From Candidatus Uhrbacteria bacterium (GTDB lineage: Bacteria; Patescibacteriota; Patescibacteriia; UBA9934; GWF2-40-263): a stretch of 64,000 nt of DNA. Where the stretch lies: the NCBI GenBank assembly GCA_037131775.1, contig JBAXQK010000001.1, forward strand, positions 12,708 through 76,707, given 5' to 3'. Under the pieces are notes generated by a model. The model was not told the DNA's origin and made no database searches. It saw nothing but the letters and a program-made list of their open reading frames with translations. A program made the translations under genes and the position numbers. This document shows positions 17,762-27,432 of this stretch, one piece after another (position 1 is the first letter of the stretch; every line of letters begins with the position of its first letter).

Positions 17762-19480
17762 ATGAAGAAGACGCTTTTTTCGCTTGTCGGCGGGTATAAG
17801 CCCCAAATTTTCCTGCTCGTGGCCCTCACCGTCGTAGCAAACGGTCTCAGCCTTGTCGTCCCAAAGGTTATCGCGGATGGAATCGACGGGTACGTTGCCG
17901 GTCATTTTGAGATGGGGAGGGTTCTGTCTGAGTTTACGCACGTTGCCCTCGGGATCTTCGTTTTTACCTACCTCCAAAACGTCGTTCAGACGTATGCATC
18001 CGAGCGCGTCGCCCGCGACCTTCGCGTCAGTCTCGCCGCGAAGATCTCGGAACAGGACTACGTCAGCGTCCAGCAGGCCACTTCCGCCAAGCTTCTCACC
18101 AACCTCACTTCGGACGTGGATTCGGTGAAGACCTTCGTGGCCCAGGCCGTATCCTCGATCATCTCGAGCGCCTTCCTCATCGTTGGCGCAAGCGTGCTCC
18201 TGCTTCTGATCGACTGGCAGCTGGCGCTTGTCGTTCTTCTTGTCGTCCCGGTCGTCGGCGGCACGTACTTCGTCGTCTTCGGAAAGGTTCGCAAGCTGTT
18301 TAAGAAATCGCAGGAGTCGATCGACGGGCTGAACAAGGTGATCAACGAGAGCATTCTCGGCTCCTCGCTCATTCGGCTTCTCAACGCCCAGCAAGTGGAA
18401 ACGTCCAAGTTCATGGCGGCCAACGCGGTCTCGAGGGACATCGGGATGAGCATTCTGCGCCTGTTCGCAAGCCTGATTCCGATCATTACCTTCGCGACGA
18501 CCGGCGCGACGGTCGCCATCCTCGTGCTTGGCGGACACTTCGTCATCTCGGGCGGCATGACGCTTGGCGGCTTCATGGCCTTCAACAACTACCTGGCGAT
18601 CCTCATCTTTCCGATCATGATTCTCGGCTTCATGAGCAACGTGATCGGCCAGGCCTCGGCCTCATACGCCCGCGTAACGGAGATGCTTGACAGGCCGGCG
18701 AGGAAATCGTCGGGCACGATCGCGGCGGAACCGGGCGGGGACGTCTCCCTCGATGGCGTCTCCGTTCGGTACGGTGAAAAGCTCGCCCTTAAGGACGTCT
18801 CATTCGTCGCGACGGCGGGCACGAGGACGGCGATCATCGGGCCGACCGCGGCGGGAAAGACTCAGCTGCTCTATCTCCTCACCGGTCTCATCGCGCCGGC
18901 CGACGGGACCGTTTCCTACGCGGGTCGTCCGCTCTCCGAGTACGATCCGACGAGCCTGCACCGCCAGGTCGCATTCGTGTTCCAGGACAGCATCCTCTTC
19001 AACCTGACTCTTCGGGAGAATATCGCCTTTGGAAAGACCGTCGATCCGGTGGATATGAAGCGCGCGATCGATACGGCGGAGCTGGACGAGTTCGTCGGGA
19101 CGTTGCCGGAGGGGCTTGAAACGGTCGTCAGCGAGCGCGGAACGAGTCTTTCGGGCGGGCAGAAGCAGCGCGTGATGCTGGCGCGGGCGTTGGCGCTGAA
19201 CCCGAGCGTCCTGCTTCTCGACGACTTTACGGCGCGCGTCGACGTGGACACCGAGCGACATATTCTCGCGAATGTCGGGAAGAACTATCCCGGCCTCACC
19301 CTGATCTCCGTCACGCAGAAGATCGCTTCCGCCGAGCATTTCGACCAGATCGTCCTCCTGATGGAAGGCGAGCTGCTCGCGCGCGGAGCCCATGCCGAGC
19401 TGATGGCGTCGTGCCCGGAGTACGTCCAGATCTTTGAATCACAGCGAAGCACCTCGTCCTATGAGCTACGTGCTGAATAA
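17762..19480 (+). CDS. ABC exporter TMD-NBD subunit with degenerate catalytic residues
   Basis: GPTAAGKT, LSGGQKQR, Walker B LLLDD, switch His replaced (TQK). Confidence 0.9.
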   Translation: MKKTLFSLVGGYKPQIFLLVALTVVANGLSLVVPKVIADGIDGYVAGHFEMGRVLSEFTHVALGIFVFTYLQNVVQTYASERVARDLRVSLAAKISEQDYVSVQQATSAKLLTNLTSDVDSVKTFVAQAVSSIISSAFLIVGASVLLLLIDWQLALVVLLVVPVVGGTYFVVFGKVRKLFKKSQESIDGLNKVINESILGSSLIRLLNAQQVETSKFMAANAVSRDIGMSILRLFASLIPIITFATTGATVAILVLGGHFVISGGMTLGGFMAFNNYLAILIFPIMILGFMSNVIGQASASYARVTEMLDRPARKSSGTIAAEPGGDVSLDGVSVRYGEKLALKDVSFVATAGTRTAIIGPTAAGKTQLLYLLTGLIAPADGTVSYAGRPLSEYDPTSLHRQVAFVFQDSILFNLTLRENIAFGKTVDPVDMKRAIDTAELDEFVGTLPEGLETVVSERGTSLSGGQKQRVMLARALALNPSVLLLDDFTARVDVDTERHILANVGKNYPGLTLISVTQKIASAEHFDQIVLLMEGELLARGAHAELMASCPEYVQIFESQRSTSSYELRAE

Positions 19481-21263
19481 TGCGTCGTCCGCGCAGAAGA
19501 GCGGCCTCGGCGCCCTCGGACGGCTTAGCCCGTTCCTGGCGCGCGAAAAGCGCGACCTCTCGATCGCGTTCGCAAGCATCCTGGTGAACTCCGTCGCGAC
19601 GCTTGTCGCGCCGCTTATCATCGGATACGCCATCGACCACTTTATGCGAACGGGCGATTTTCGCGGCGTGCTTCTTTCCGCGCTCGCGTTGTTTTGCATC
19701 TCGCTCGTTGCTCTTTCCGCGAGCTACACGCAAACGATTCGCACGGGATCGGTCGGCCGTCGCGTGCTCTACAGCCTGCGTAACGAGCTGTTCCAGAAGC
19801 TGCAGGAGCTCCCGGTGGCCTTCTTCAACCAGAACAAGGTCGGCGACTTGATCTCGCGCATCAACAGCGACACCGACCTGCTGAGCCAGTTCTTTGCGCG
19901 CGTCCTCATGCAGTTCACCGGAAACTTCTTCATGATCGTCGGCGCCGGCATCTTCCTGCTGACGCTCAACGTCCGCCTGGGCGTCGCGGCGCTCGTTCCG
20001 GCGCTGATCGTCCTCGTCATCACGCGGCTCCTGTCGCCGTTGGTCAAGCGCAAGAACCTGGAGAGCCTTCAGACAGTGGGAGGAATGAGCGCCGAGATTC
20101 AGGAAAGCCTGGCAAACTTCAAGGTGATCGTGGCGTTCAACCGCATGGATTATTTCCGCGACTCGTTCAATGCCGCGAACGAGCGGAACTATCGCGCGTC
20201 CATCGGCGCCGGGCTCGCCAACAACGCGTTCACGCCAATCTACGCCCTGGCATCCAGCCTCGGGCAGCTCGTGGTGCTCGTCTACGGCATCTCGCTCATC
20301 GCCGGCGGAAGCGTCACGGTTGGCCTTCTCATCGGCTTTCTCCTGTACGTGAGCGCCTTCTACACTCCGCTCCGCCAGCTCGCCACCGTCTGGTCCACCC
20401 TCCAGCAGTCCCTCGCCGCCCTTGATCGCATCTCGGAAGTTCTCGCTCTCGAAACGGACCTTCGACTTCTCCCCATCCAGCAAGTTCCCCCTCCTCATAG
20501 GGAGGAGGGGATAGGGGTGGTCGACGAGGACGCTACGACGAGCGTCCCTGTCCTCGCATTCCACGCCGTCTCTTTCCGCTACCCCGACGGCAAGGACGTC
20601 CTCCAAAATGTGAACATCGTCCTCGCCCAAGGAAAAACATACGCCCTCGTCGGACCGACCGGCGGCGGCAAGACCACGACGGCGTCGCTGATGGCGCGCC
20701 TGTATGACCCAAGCGCGGGGACCGTCGAGCTGAGCGGACGCGACATCCGGTCGTTCGAGTCCGCGGATCGCACGAGAAAAATCGGGTTTATCCTGCAGGA
20801 GCCCTTCCTGTTCTCGGGGACGCTTCTCGATAATTTGTTTTATGGTCATCCGGACTTTGTCGATTCGTCGAAGGACGAACGCCGCGCCGCGCTCGTCGCG
20901 TCCGGTCTCGGCGACCTTCTTGCAAACTTCGACCAGGGCCTCGACACGCCGATCGAGACGAGCGGCGAGACGATCAGCCTCGGCCAGCGCCAGCTCGTGG
21001 CGTTCGTTCGCGCCGTGCTGCGAAAGCCGGAGATCCTCATTCTCGACGAGGCAACGGCAAATATCGACACGGTTACCGAGCAACTTCTCGAAAAGGCATT
21101 GGAAAAGCTCCCGCCGACCACGACCAAGGTCATCATCGCCCACCGGCTCAACACGATCGAGAACGCGGACGAGATCTTCTTTGTAAACGGCGGTGCCGTT
21201 CAGCCCGCCGGCTCGTTCGACCACGCGGTGGAGATGCTCATGCACGGCCGACGGACGAGCTAG
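19461..21263 (+). CDS. ABC exporter TMD-NBD subunit (heterodimer partner)
   Basis: GPTGGGKTT, ISLGQRQ, ILDEAT, IAHRL. Confidence 0.92.
   Translation: MSYVLNNASSAQKSGLGALGRLSPFLAREKRDLSIAFASILVNSVATLVAPLIIGYAIDHFMRTGDFRGVLLSALALFCISLVALSASYTQTIRTGSVGRRVLYSLRNELFQKLQELPVAFFNQNKVGDLISRINSDTDLLSQFFARVLMQFTGNFFMIVGAGIFLLTLNVRLGVAALVPALIVLVITRLLSPLVKRKNLESLQTVGGMSAEIQESLANFKVIVAFNRMDYFRDSFNAANERNYRASIGAGLANNAFTPIYALASSLGQLVVLVYGISLIAGGSVTVGLLIGFLLYVSAFYTPLRQLATVWSTLQQSLAALDRISEVLALETDLRLLPIQQVPPPHREEGIGVVDEDATTSVPVLAFHAVSFRYPDGKDVLQNVNIVLAQGKTYALVGPTGGGKTTTASLMARLYDPSAGTVELSGRDIRSFESADRTRKIGFILQEPFLFSGTLLDNLFYGHPDFVDSSKDERRAALVASGLGDLLANFDQGLDTPIETSGETISLGQRQLVAFVRAVLRKPEILILDEATANIDTVTEQLLEKALEKLPPTTTKVIIAHRLNTIENADEIFFVNGGAVQPAGSFDHAVEMLMHGRRTS
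20485..20524 (-). repeat. CCCCTCC..TATG..GGGG palindromic element, copy 2 (in frame in the TMD-NBD linker)
   Basis: Encodes VPPPHREEGIGVV; stem CCCCTCCT/AGGAGGGG. Confidence 0.8.
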
Positions 21264-21328
21264 GAGTTTGGGTGTATACTTCCGGCATAACCTTTAGCCA
21301 CCGACGACGACTGCCGCCGGCAATCCGT

Positions 21329-21925
21329 ATGTCTCAAACGATCGATAATCCGCCGTTTCTCCGCGACGCGCTTTCCGGGACCGGAGCTTGGACCTGGGTC
21401 TGGGCCGTCATTCGCGTTTATGTCGGCTACGAGTGGCTCACGGCCGGATGGCACAAGGTGACCAGTCCGGCGTGGACCTCGACGGGCGAGGCGCTGCGCG
21501 GGTTTTGGGAAAAGGCCGTCGCCGTCCCGGCTGCCCCCGCGAAGGCCGCGATCACGTACGAGTGGTACCGCGCGTTTATTCAGGCGCTCCTCGACGCGAA
21601 CGCGCACGTCTGGTTCGCCAAGCTCGTCGCGTTCGGAGAGCTTGCGGTGGGCGTTGGCCTCATTGTCGGCGCCTTCGTCGGAATCGCCGCGTTCTTCGGG
21701 GCGCTTATGAATTTCAACTTCATGCTCGCCGGAAGCGCGTCGACGAATCCGGTCCTGTTCCTTGGCGCGATCCTGCTGATGCTTGCGTGGAAGAACGCCG
21801 GCCATTGGGGCGCGGACCGATGGCTGCTCCCGTGGATCGGGACGCCGTGGAATCGCAAAAACTCCTATTCGAACGGACCGTCGAGCGTCGTCAGCGTCCA
21901 GGCATGCACGGGCCGCCAGGCGTAA
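21329..21925 (+). CDS. DoxX/DoxD family membrane protein
   Basis: RVYVGYEWLTAGWHK, GELAVGVGLIVG, MNFNFMLAG, STNP. Confidence 0.88.
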   Translation: MSQTIDNPPFLRDALSGTGAWTWVWAVIRVYVGYEWLTAGWHKVTSPAWTSTGEALRGFWEKAVAVPAAPAKAAITYEWYRAFIQALLDANAHVWFAKLVAFGELAVGVGLIVGAFVGIAAFFGALMNFNFMLAGSASTNPVLFLGAILLMLAWKNAGHWGADRWLLPWIGTPWNRKNSYSNGPSSVVSVQACTGRQA

Positions 21926-21932
21926 AGGAAAT

Positions 21933-21962
21933 AAAAAAGCCAGTCGCGCGACTGGCTTTTTT
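21933..21962. terminator. Bidirectional terminator
   Basis: AAAAAAGCCAGTCGCGCGACTGGCTTTTTT. Confidence 0.85.
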
Positions 21963-21972
21963 CGTCGGTCGG

Positions 21973-22476
21973 TTACGGCTGTACCGAGATGTTCGCCGCG
22001 CCGCCTCCGTCGCAGGTGACCTGGAGGTCGCCAGTCTCGCTGGCGATGGCAAGCGCGTAATCGAGCGCTTTCAGCTTGTACGTGGCCGCCCCCATGGCAA
22101 TCACGTGCGCCTTGTCGTCGCGGTTGTCGAGCATCATGACCGAGCCTTTTTTCGCGACCATGCTGCCCGGGGTCCCGTGGCATGCCACGAACTGGAATCG
22201 CACGTCGCCGTACTCGTTGACCGCGTCGCCGTAGTTCAGCGGGACGTCGACCGCGAGGGTCTTGGGCTTGGGCGTCGACGCTGCCTCCGTCGGCACGGGA
22301 GCGGCCGCCTTCGCGCGATCCTCAGGAGAAAGGACCTCGGACCGGATCGAAAACAGCGATCCGAATCCCTCATGCTTCTTGGAGGTGTTTACCCACGCGA
22401 ACGCGGCGATGAGGACGACCGATATGATTGCGCCGACGGCGACGATGCGCTTCTGCCATGGGGTGAGGTTTTGCAT
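21973..22476 (-). CDS. Membrane-anchored protein, possibly cupredoxin-like fold
   Basis: N-terminal TM, beta-rich C-terminal domain with 2 Cys. Confidence 0.6.
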   Translation of the reverse strand: MQNLTPWQKRIVAVGAIISVVLIAAFAWVNTSKKHEGFGSLFSIRSEVLSPEDRAKAAAPVPTEAASTPKPKTLAVDVPLNYGDAVNEYGDVRFQFVACHGTPGSMVAKKGSVMMLDNRDDKAHVIAMGAATYKLKALDYALAIASETGDLQVTCDGGGAANISVQP

Positions 22477-22493
22477 GAGAGGGGAGACGTTTG

Positions 22494-22841
22494 TTAAATT
22501 TTGGGAATAAGTTCCTTTGACCTCATCGCCTGGCTGACGGCGCGGATGAGCTCGCGGACGACCGGGTTCTTGCGGTCCAGGCGGGAAAAGATTTTCTTGC
22601 CCGTGCGATTCTTGGTGAGCAGCTGGGCCTGGGCCAGCGCCTTGATGTGCTGGGAGGTGAGAGGGAGCGAAAGGTCGAGGATGGCGGCGATGGTGCTGAC
22701 CGATTCCTCCGGCGAGTCCGTGAGGATGCGGAAGATGCGGAGTCGCGTGACGTCGCCGAGCGCCTTGAACGCGGCGGCGATGCGCGCGTCGGTCTCGCCG
22801 AGCATCCGCCGCTTCTCCTGGAGTTCCTTCGGGGTGAGCAT
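22494..22841 (-). CDS. ArsR/SmtB family transcriptional regulator
   Basis: FKALGDVTRLRI, SQHIKAL, RTGK. Confidence 0.9.
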   Translation of the reverse strand: MLTPKELQEKRRMLGETDARIAAAFKALGDVTRLRIFRILTDSPEESVSTIAAILDLSLPLTSQHIKALAQAQLLTKNRTGKKIFSRLDRKNPVVRELIRAVSQAMRSKELIPKI

Positions 22842-22848
22842 AGATATT

Positions 22849-22868
22849 AATTAAATGGTCATTTAATT
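22849..22868. promoter_or_regulatory. Candidate ArsR operator
   Basis: Perfect AATTAAATG-gt-CATTTAATT 7 nt upstream of the ArsR start. Confidence 0.7.
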
Positions 22869-22948
22869 GTTTATACTAGACAGTGTAGCACGAATGGGGT
22901 ATGCTGTAAAGCAGACACGCCCGCCGCTTATTCACGCATGGTACCAGT

Positions 22949-23269
22949 ATGGGAAACGTTTTTAAGAAGGGCATGATTCTCGGAGGCATTCTTGCCGCGG
23001 TGGCAACGGTCGGCTTTGCCATGAGCAAGCCCGGGCAGGAGCTGTCGGAAGACTTGCAGAAAGACATCAAGACGCTCGCGAAGGACATCAAGAAACGCCT
23101 GCACAAGCTGCAGGACGTCACCAAGGAGGCGTATGACGAGACCGTCGTGGCCGTCGTGAAGGAATACGCGGCGCAGAAGCAGATGGCCAGCGACGCCCAG
23201 CAGCATCTGACCGCCGCGCTCGAGGCCATGTGGAACGAGACCGAGGCGCAATACAAGGCCGGGGAATAA
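22949..23269 (+). CDS. YtxH-like protein
   Basis: GMILGGILAAVA TM followed by KPGQEL and charged helices. Confidence 0.7.
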   Translation: MGNVFKKGMILGGILAAVATVGFAMSKPGQELSEDLQKDIKTLAKDIKKRLHKLQDVTKEAYDETVVAVVKEYAAQKQMASDAQQHLTAALEAMWNETEAQYKAGE

Positions 23270-23272
23270 CCG

Positions 23273-23293
23273 CTCACTACTCACTACTCACCA
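23273..23293 (+). repeat. Tandem heptamer tract
   Basis: CTCACTA-CTCACTA-CTCACCA between a stop and the next ATG. Confidence 0.6.
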
Positions 23294-23302
23294 CAAACCA
23301 AT

Positions 23303-23455
23303 ATGTTGTACACCATCGCCGTCGTCCTGCTCATCCTCTGGCTCCTCGGCCTCGTCTCAGCCTACACGATCGGCGGGTTCATCCACGTCCTCCTGGTCGT
23401 GGCGATCATCCTGATCCTGATTCGCGTCATCCGGGGCGATAAGATCGTCATCTAG
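23303..23455 (+). CDS. lmo0937/DUF5670 family small membrane protein, 50 aa (absent from the ORF track)
   Basis: MLYTIAVVLLILWLLGLVSAYTIGGFIHVLLVVAII. Confidence 0.88.
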   Translation: MLYTIAVVLLILWLLGLVSAYTIGGFIHVLLVVAIILILIRVIRGDKIVI

Positions 23456-23573
23456 GCACGCGCAAGCCACAGTTCACGCATCAGTCTCTCAGGGCTGAAC
23501 GGCCATGATGGCCGGAGTCGTTCGTCGCGGAATCGTGCCTCTGGCAGGATCGTCGACGGGCAGAGAAACGCCT

Positions 23574-24815
23574 ATGAAGACTCGCGGCAATCTCCTCGGA
23601 CCGGCCGCCATTCTTTCGATCGTCCTTGGCCTTGCCGGCCCGCTCGCCGCGCTTGCCGCTGGCCCATCGGTCATCTCGCTCGGGTCCGCGTCTCATTTCG
23701 CCCTCCTAGCGAAGGCCGGCATCTCAACGACCGGCACGACGTCCATCGTGGGCGACATCGGCGTCAGCCCGGCCGCGGCGACGTATCTGACCGGATTTTC
23801 TCTCGACCTTCCCGTCGGAAGTTCTTATTCCACGTCTCCGATCGTCGTTGGGAACGTCTACGCTCCTGGGTATGCGGACCCAACCCCGGCGAACCTGACT
23901 TCCGCGGTCGGCGCCATCGAGACGGCCTATAACGACGGCGCGGGCCGATCGAACCCGACGGCGACCGAGCTTGGCGCCGGAAACATCGGCGGGCTGACGA
24001 TTGCCCCGGGACTGTATTCCTGGGGAACGGCCGTCCTGATTCCGTCGAACGTGACGCTGTCCGGAACCGCGAATGACGTGTGGATCTTCCAGGTCGCCCA
24101 GACGCTTACCATGAGCGAGGGGACGAAGGTCGTTCTTTCCGGCGGAGCGCTCTCGAGCCATGTGTTCTGGATCGTCGCGGGCCAGACGACCATTGGCACG
24201 GGCGCGGACATCCAGGGAACGGTGCTCGACAAGACCGGAATCGTCTTCGCGACGGGCGCGGGCGGACACGGAAGCTATTTCGCGCAGACGGCCATCACGC
24301 TTGACGCGAACACGATCATCCCGCCGTCCGCCGTCGCGATCGTCTCCGAGCCGGTCGTCACGGCGGCTCCGGTCGTCGTGACGCAGGCTCCGGCGTCCCA
24401 CGCAACCTCGTCCGGGTCGACGGGTAGCGGATCTTCGTCGTCCGGGTCGTCCACGACCTCGACGACACCCGCCGCGGCTGCTCCGATCACGGTCGTCGCG
24501 CCGTCCCCGGTCGTGACGCACGACGTTCCGACCGCCCATGTTTACTCCGCGGTGCCGTCCGCCTCTTCCTCCGCGATGGCGGCCCTCGCCCACCTGTACG
24601 TTGTCGATCTCCGCTATGGATCGGATGGAGCGGACGTGACGGCCCTTCAGAAGTTTCTCGTGGCAAAGGCGCTTCTCGTCATGCCGAACGGGATCGCCTA
24701 CGGAACGTTCGGCCCGCGCACGCGAGCCGCGCTCCGAAGTCTCCAGGCCGGCTGGAGGCTGCCGGTCACGGGAATTCTCGACGCGATGACTCGCGCGGCA
24801 ATCAACCCGCGATAA
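23574..24815 (+). CDS. DUF3494 ice-binding-domain protein with S/T linker and peptidoglycan-binding domain
   Basis: FALLAKAGIST, VGDIGVSP, IAPGLY, VWIFQ, VFWIVAG, AQTAITLD; C-terminal GSDGADVTALQ and GTFGPRT. Confidence 0.9.
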   Translation: MKTRGNLLGPAAILSIVLGLAGPLAALAAGPSVISLGSASHFALLAKAGISTTGTTSIVGDIGVSPAAATYLTGFSLDLPVGSSYSTSPIVVGNVYAPGYADPTPANLTSAVGAIETAYNDGAGRSNPTATELGAGNIGGLTIAPGLYSWGTAVLIPSNVTLSGTANDVWIFQVAQTLTMSEGTKVVLSGGALSSHVFWIVAGQTTIGTGADIQGTVLDKTGIVFATGAGGHGSYFAQTAITLDANTIIPPSAVAIVSEPVVTAAPVVVTQAPASHATSSGSTGSGSSSSGSSTTSTTPAAAAPITVVAPSPVVTHDVPTAHVYSAVPSASSSAMAALAHLYVVDLRYGSDGADVTALQKFLVAKALLVMPNGIAYGTFGPRTRAALRSLQAGWRLPVTGILDAMTRAAINPR

Positions 24816-24830
24816 GCACGAATGCCGATT

Positions 24831-24868
24831 TGCAAAAGGACCGCCACGTGCTTGGCGGTCCTTTTGCA
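24831..24868. terminator. 16-bp hairpin/terminator
   Basis: TGCAAAAGGACCGCCA-cgtgct-TGGCGGTCCTTTTGCA. Confidence 0.7.
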
Positions 24869-24903
24869 TAGGCATGGCGCGGTCGTGCTATACTTCGGGA
24901 CAT

Positions 24904-25497
24904 ATGCAAAACGTCGTTCTCACGTCGAGCTTCTACGCGGTTGCCGACGATCTTTGCGAAACAGGTCTCATTCCGCCGTCCGGCGCGAACGTCGCGTTCA
25001 TCCCGACCGCGGCGGACCCGTACCCCGAGCGCCCATGGATCGACGCCGACCGTGCCGCGCTGGTTCGGATGGGTTACTCCGTCGTGGACGTCGATCTGAA
25101 AGATCGAACGACGGACGGTTTGCGCGACCTCTTGTCGACGGCCGACGTCCTGTTCGTCGCCGGCGGTAACACGACGTACCTCGCCGAATGGTCGCGCCGG
25201 TCCGGGTTCGGCGACATTGTCTGCGACCTGCTCCGTGACGGCAAGCTTTACGTCGGCTCCAGTGCCGGATCGATCCTCGCGGGACCGACCGTCGAGCCGT
25301 TCGCCGAAGAGGATGCCGCCGAGATGCCGCCCGGGTTCGTCGCGGACCACCCCGTCTGTCTCGGCCTGGTCGACTACGTCGTGTTGCCGCATGACGCGAC
25401 GTTTGCGGCGACGCATGACAAGATGGTCGCGAAGGACGGGGACCGATGGACGTTCGTGAGAATCACGGATAACGAGTATCGAGTCGAAACCGTATGA
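24904..25497 (+). CDS. Peptidase S51 (dipeptidase E) family
   Basis: FIPTAA, VAGGNT, YVGSSAGS, VLPH. Confidence 0.88.
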   Translation: MQNVVLTSSFYAVADDLCETGLIPPSGANVAFIPTAADPYPERPWIDADRAALVRMGYSVVDVDLKDRTTDGLRDLLSTADVLFVAGGNTTYLAEWSRRSGFGDIVCDLLRDGKLYVGSSAGSILAGPTVEPFAEEDAAEMPPGFVADHPVCLGLVDYVVLPHDATFAATHDKMVAKDGDRWTFVRITDNEYRVETV

Positions 25498-26093
25498 GCA
25501 AAGAAAACGTCGTCCTCCTGCACGGCCGGTTTCCCGAGCGCATCGACGGGGCGCTCATTGCGGACATACCGACGTGCGATCCGAACCACCCTGGAAACTG
25601 GATGGGTTGGACCAAGCAGGAGCTGATCAAACGTGGATACGATGCCGACTGCCCGGTAATCCGCGACGTGTGGAAATCCGCGTGGGAGGAGTGGAAGCGC
25701 CAGCTTGACGCGGTTCGCGTCGACGAGGGGACGACGCTGGTCGGATGGAGCCAGGGAGGATATGCCGTGCTCCGCTATCTCGGAGAGACGGGAAAGAAGG
25801 TCAAGCGCGTCATCCTCGTTGCGCCCGGAGCTCCAAAGATGGATCGAGACGAGCCGGAGAAGCTGTTTCCGAACGAGGAAGAGAATTACGAGTACCCGAT
25901 CACGCCTGCCCTCACGGCGCAAATCCGCGACCGGGTAGAGATTATCGTGTCCAACGACTTCGACTTCATCCTGCGCGCCGTGGACTTTTACGAGAAGACG
26001 CTGAACGCGAATGTGATCCGTCTCGACGGTCTTGGCCACTTCTCATTCCTGATCCCGACGCTTCCCGAGCTCCTCGAACACGTTCTCGCCTAG
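25494..26093 (+). CDS. RBBP9/YdeN-like alpha/beta hydrolase
   Basis: LLHG, NW, GWSQGG, LVAP, GHF. Confidence 0.85.
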   Translation: MSKENVVLLHGRFPERIDGALIADIPTCDPNHPGNWMGWTKQELIKRGYDADCPVIRDVWKSAWEEWKRQLDAVRVDEGTTLVGWSQGGYAVLRYLGETGKKVKRVILVAPGAPKMDRDEPEKLFPNEEENYEYPITPALTAQIRDRVEIIVSNDFDFILRAVDFYEKTLNANVIRLDGLGHFSFLIPTLPELLEHVLA

Positions 26094-27370
26094 CTGGCAA
26101 GGACCGCCGCGGCCGCCGCGGTCCCGGTCGCGATCGCCGTCTCGATCGACGGTGCGCCGAGGAAATCGCCGGCGAAGTAGTGGCCGTTCGTGCCCTGCGC
26201 ATCACGGACGGATTTGACGAACGCCTCCTGGGATACGGGCATCGTCTTCGTCCAATGGACGGTGTCGACGATTTTCACGAGCGTTCGTCCGGGAAAGATC
26301 CGCGCGATTTCGGACCGTATGATCTCGTTCGTTTCGTCGTCGGAGAGGGCGCGATCCCTGCCCCGGATGATCACATTGACCATGACGCACTCCGCGAGCG
26401 ACGGGCCGTAGAGGGACGCCAGATTGATGGCGGACAGCGTTTCCTGCGATGCCGACTCGTTCGGCGCATAGAACGCCGCGCCCCATTCCCTGGTGTTCGC
26501 GATGATCGGCGTCGTGTCGAGCTCGACCGCGGCCGTGACGAAGTGCGTGTACCAGCAGTCGGGAATCACGTCCGGCAGGATCTCGCGATACAGATCGTCC
26601 GAGACGGTTTGGGCGAACACGATCGCGTCGGACGCAAACGTCCCGGCGTCCGTCCGGATCGTTTGCCCGTCGACCGCGACCACCGGCGAAGAGACGTGGA
26701 TCCGCCCCCCGAGCGCCACGATTTCCTTCGCGAGGGCATCGACGAGGACCGCGATCCCGTCGGGGAAGAACGACGTGGTCCGGATGTCGCCGTGGACCTT
26801 TACCTGGCGGACGATGGGGGCCATGAACGCCGCCTTGGTCTCCGTGACCGGCCCGTAGCAGTATCCCTGGTTCACCGTGTCAAAGAACGTCTCGTACGGC
26901 CCGGCGTGCCCGTCCGTCCCAAGGGTCGATCGCAAATAGGCGGACACCGTCATTCCGCCGAATCGGTCGAGGTCGGGCGCGGCAAGGTTCGGCTTGGGCA
27001 GCAGCTGGAAGAACGACTTGCCCCAAATCTTCAGGCCGTCGGCGACGGAGAACGGGACGTCCTCCTCCTTGGTGGCGATCCCGCTTCGGTCGAGAAAATA
27101 ATAGATGTCGCTCAGCGGCGTCTTTGCAAGCCGATCCTCCAGGCCCATGTCACCGAGCAGGCGGTGGGTTTCCTCGTACCACGGGTAAATGAGGAATCCG
27201 CCGAAATCGACGGGCTGCCCTCGGACCGGGCGGCATTGCACGCGCCCGCCAAGGAGGGGCTCGGACTCGAATAGGTCGACCTCGACATTTTTCCCTAGCA
27301 AAAGACGATAGGCCGCGCTTAGCCCCGCAAGTCCTCCGCCGACCACGATGACGCGTTTGAGATGTTCCAT
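26090..27370 (-). CDS. FAD-dependent oxidoreductase (amine oxidase/HemY-like)
   Basis: VVGGGLAGLSAA, LGGR, FAGDF; start trimmed to MEHLKR. Confidence 0.85.
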   Translation of the reverse strand: MEHLKRVIVVGGGLAGLSAAYRLLLGKNVEVDLFESEPLLGGRVQCRPVRGQPVDFGGFLIYPWYEETHRLLGDMGLEDRLAKTPLSDIYYFLDRSGIATKEEDVPFSVADGLKIWGKSFFQLLPKPNLAAPDLDRFGGMTVSAYLRSTLGTDGHAGPYETFFDTVNQGYCYGPVTETKAAFMAPIVRQVKVHGDIRTTSFFPDGIAVLVDALAKEIVALGGRIHVSSPVVAVDGQTIRTDAGTFASDAIVFAQTVSDDLYREILPDVIPDCWYTHFVTAAVELDTTPIIANTREWGAAFYAPNESASQETLSAINLASLYGPSLAECVMVNVIIRGRDRALSDDETNEIIRSEIARIFPGRTLVKIVDTVHWTKTMPVSQEAFVKSVRDAQGTNGHYFAGDFLGAPSIETAIATGTAAAAAVLAS

Positions 27371-27432
27371 GGATGGAAGTATACACGCATTCAGGGCTTG
27401 TTTGGAAACGGTTTTTGAGGTAGAGTCCGGCC

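Noticed and set aside
17762-19480. Degenerate Walker B/switch residues as a sign of pseudogenisation
   Set aside because: Normal asymmetry of heterodimeric ABC exporters; the partner has canonical DE and His and an altered signature
23460-23573. c-di-AMP (ydaO) riboswitch
   Set aside because: Only a GCTGAA-like fragment matches; the other conserved blocks are absent
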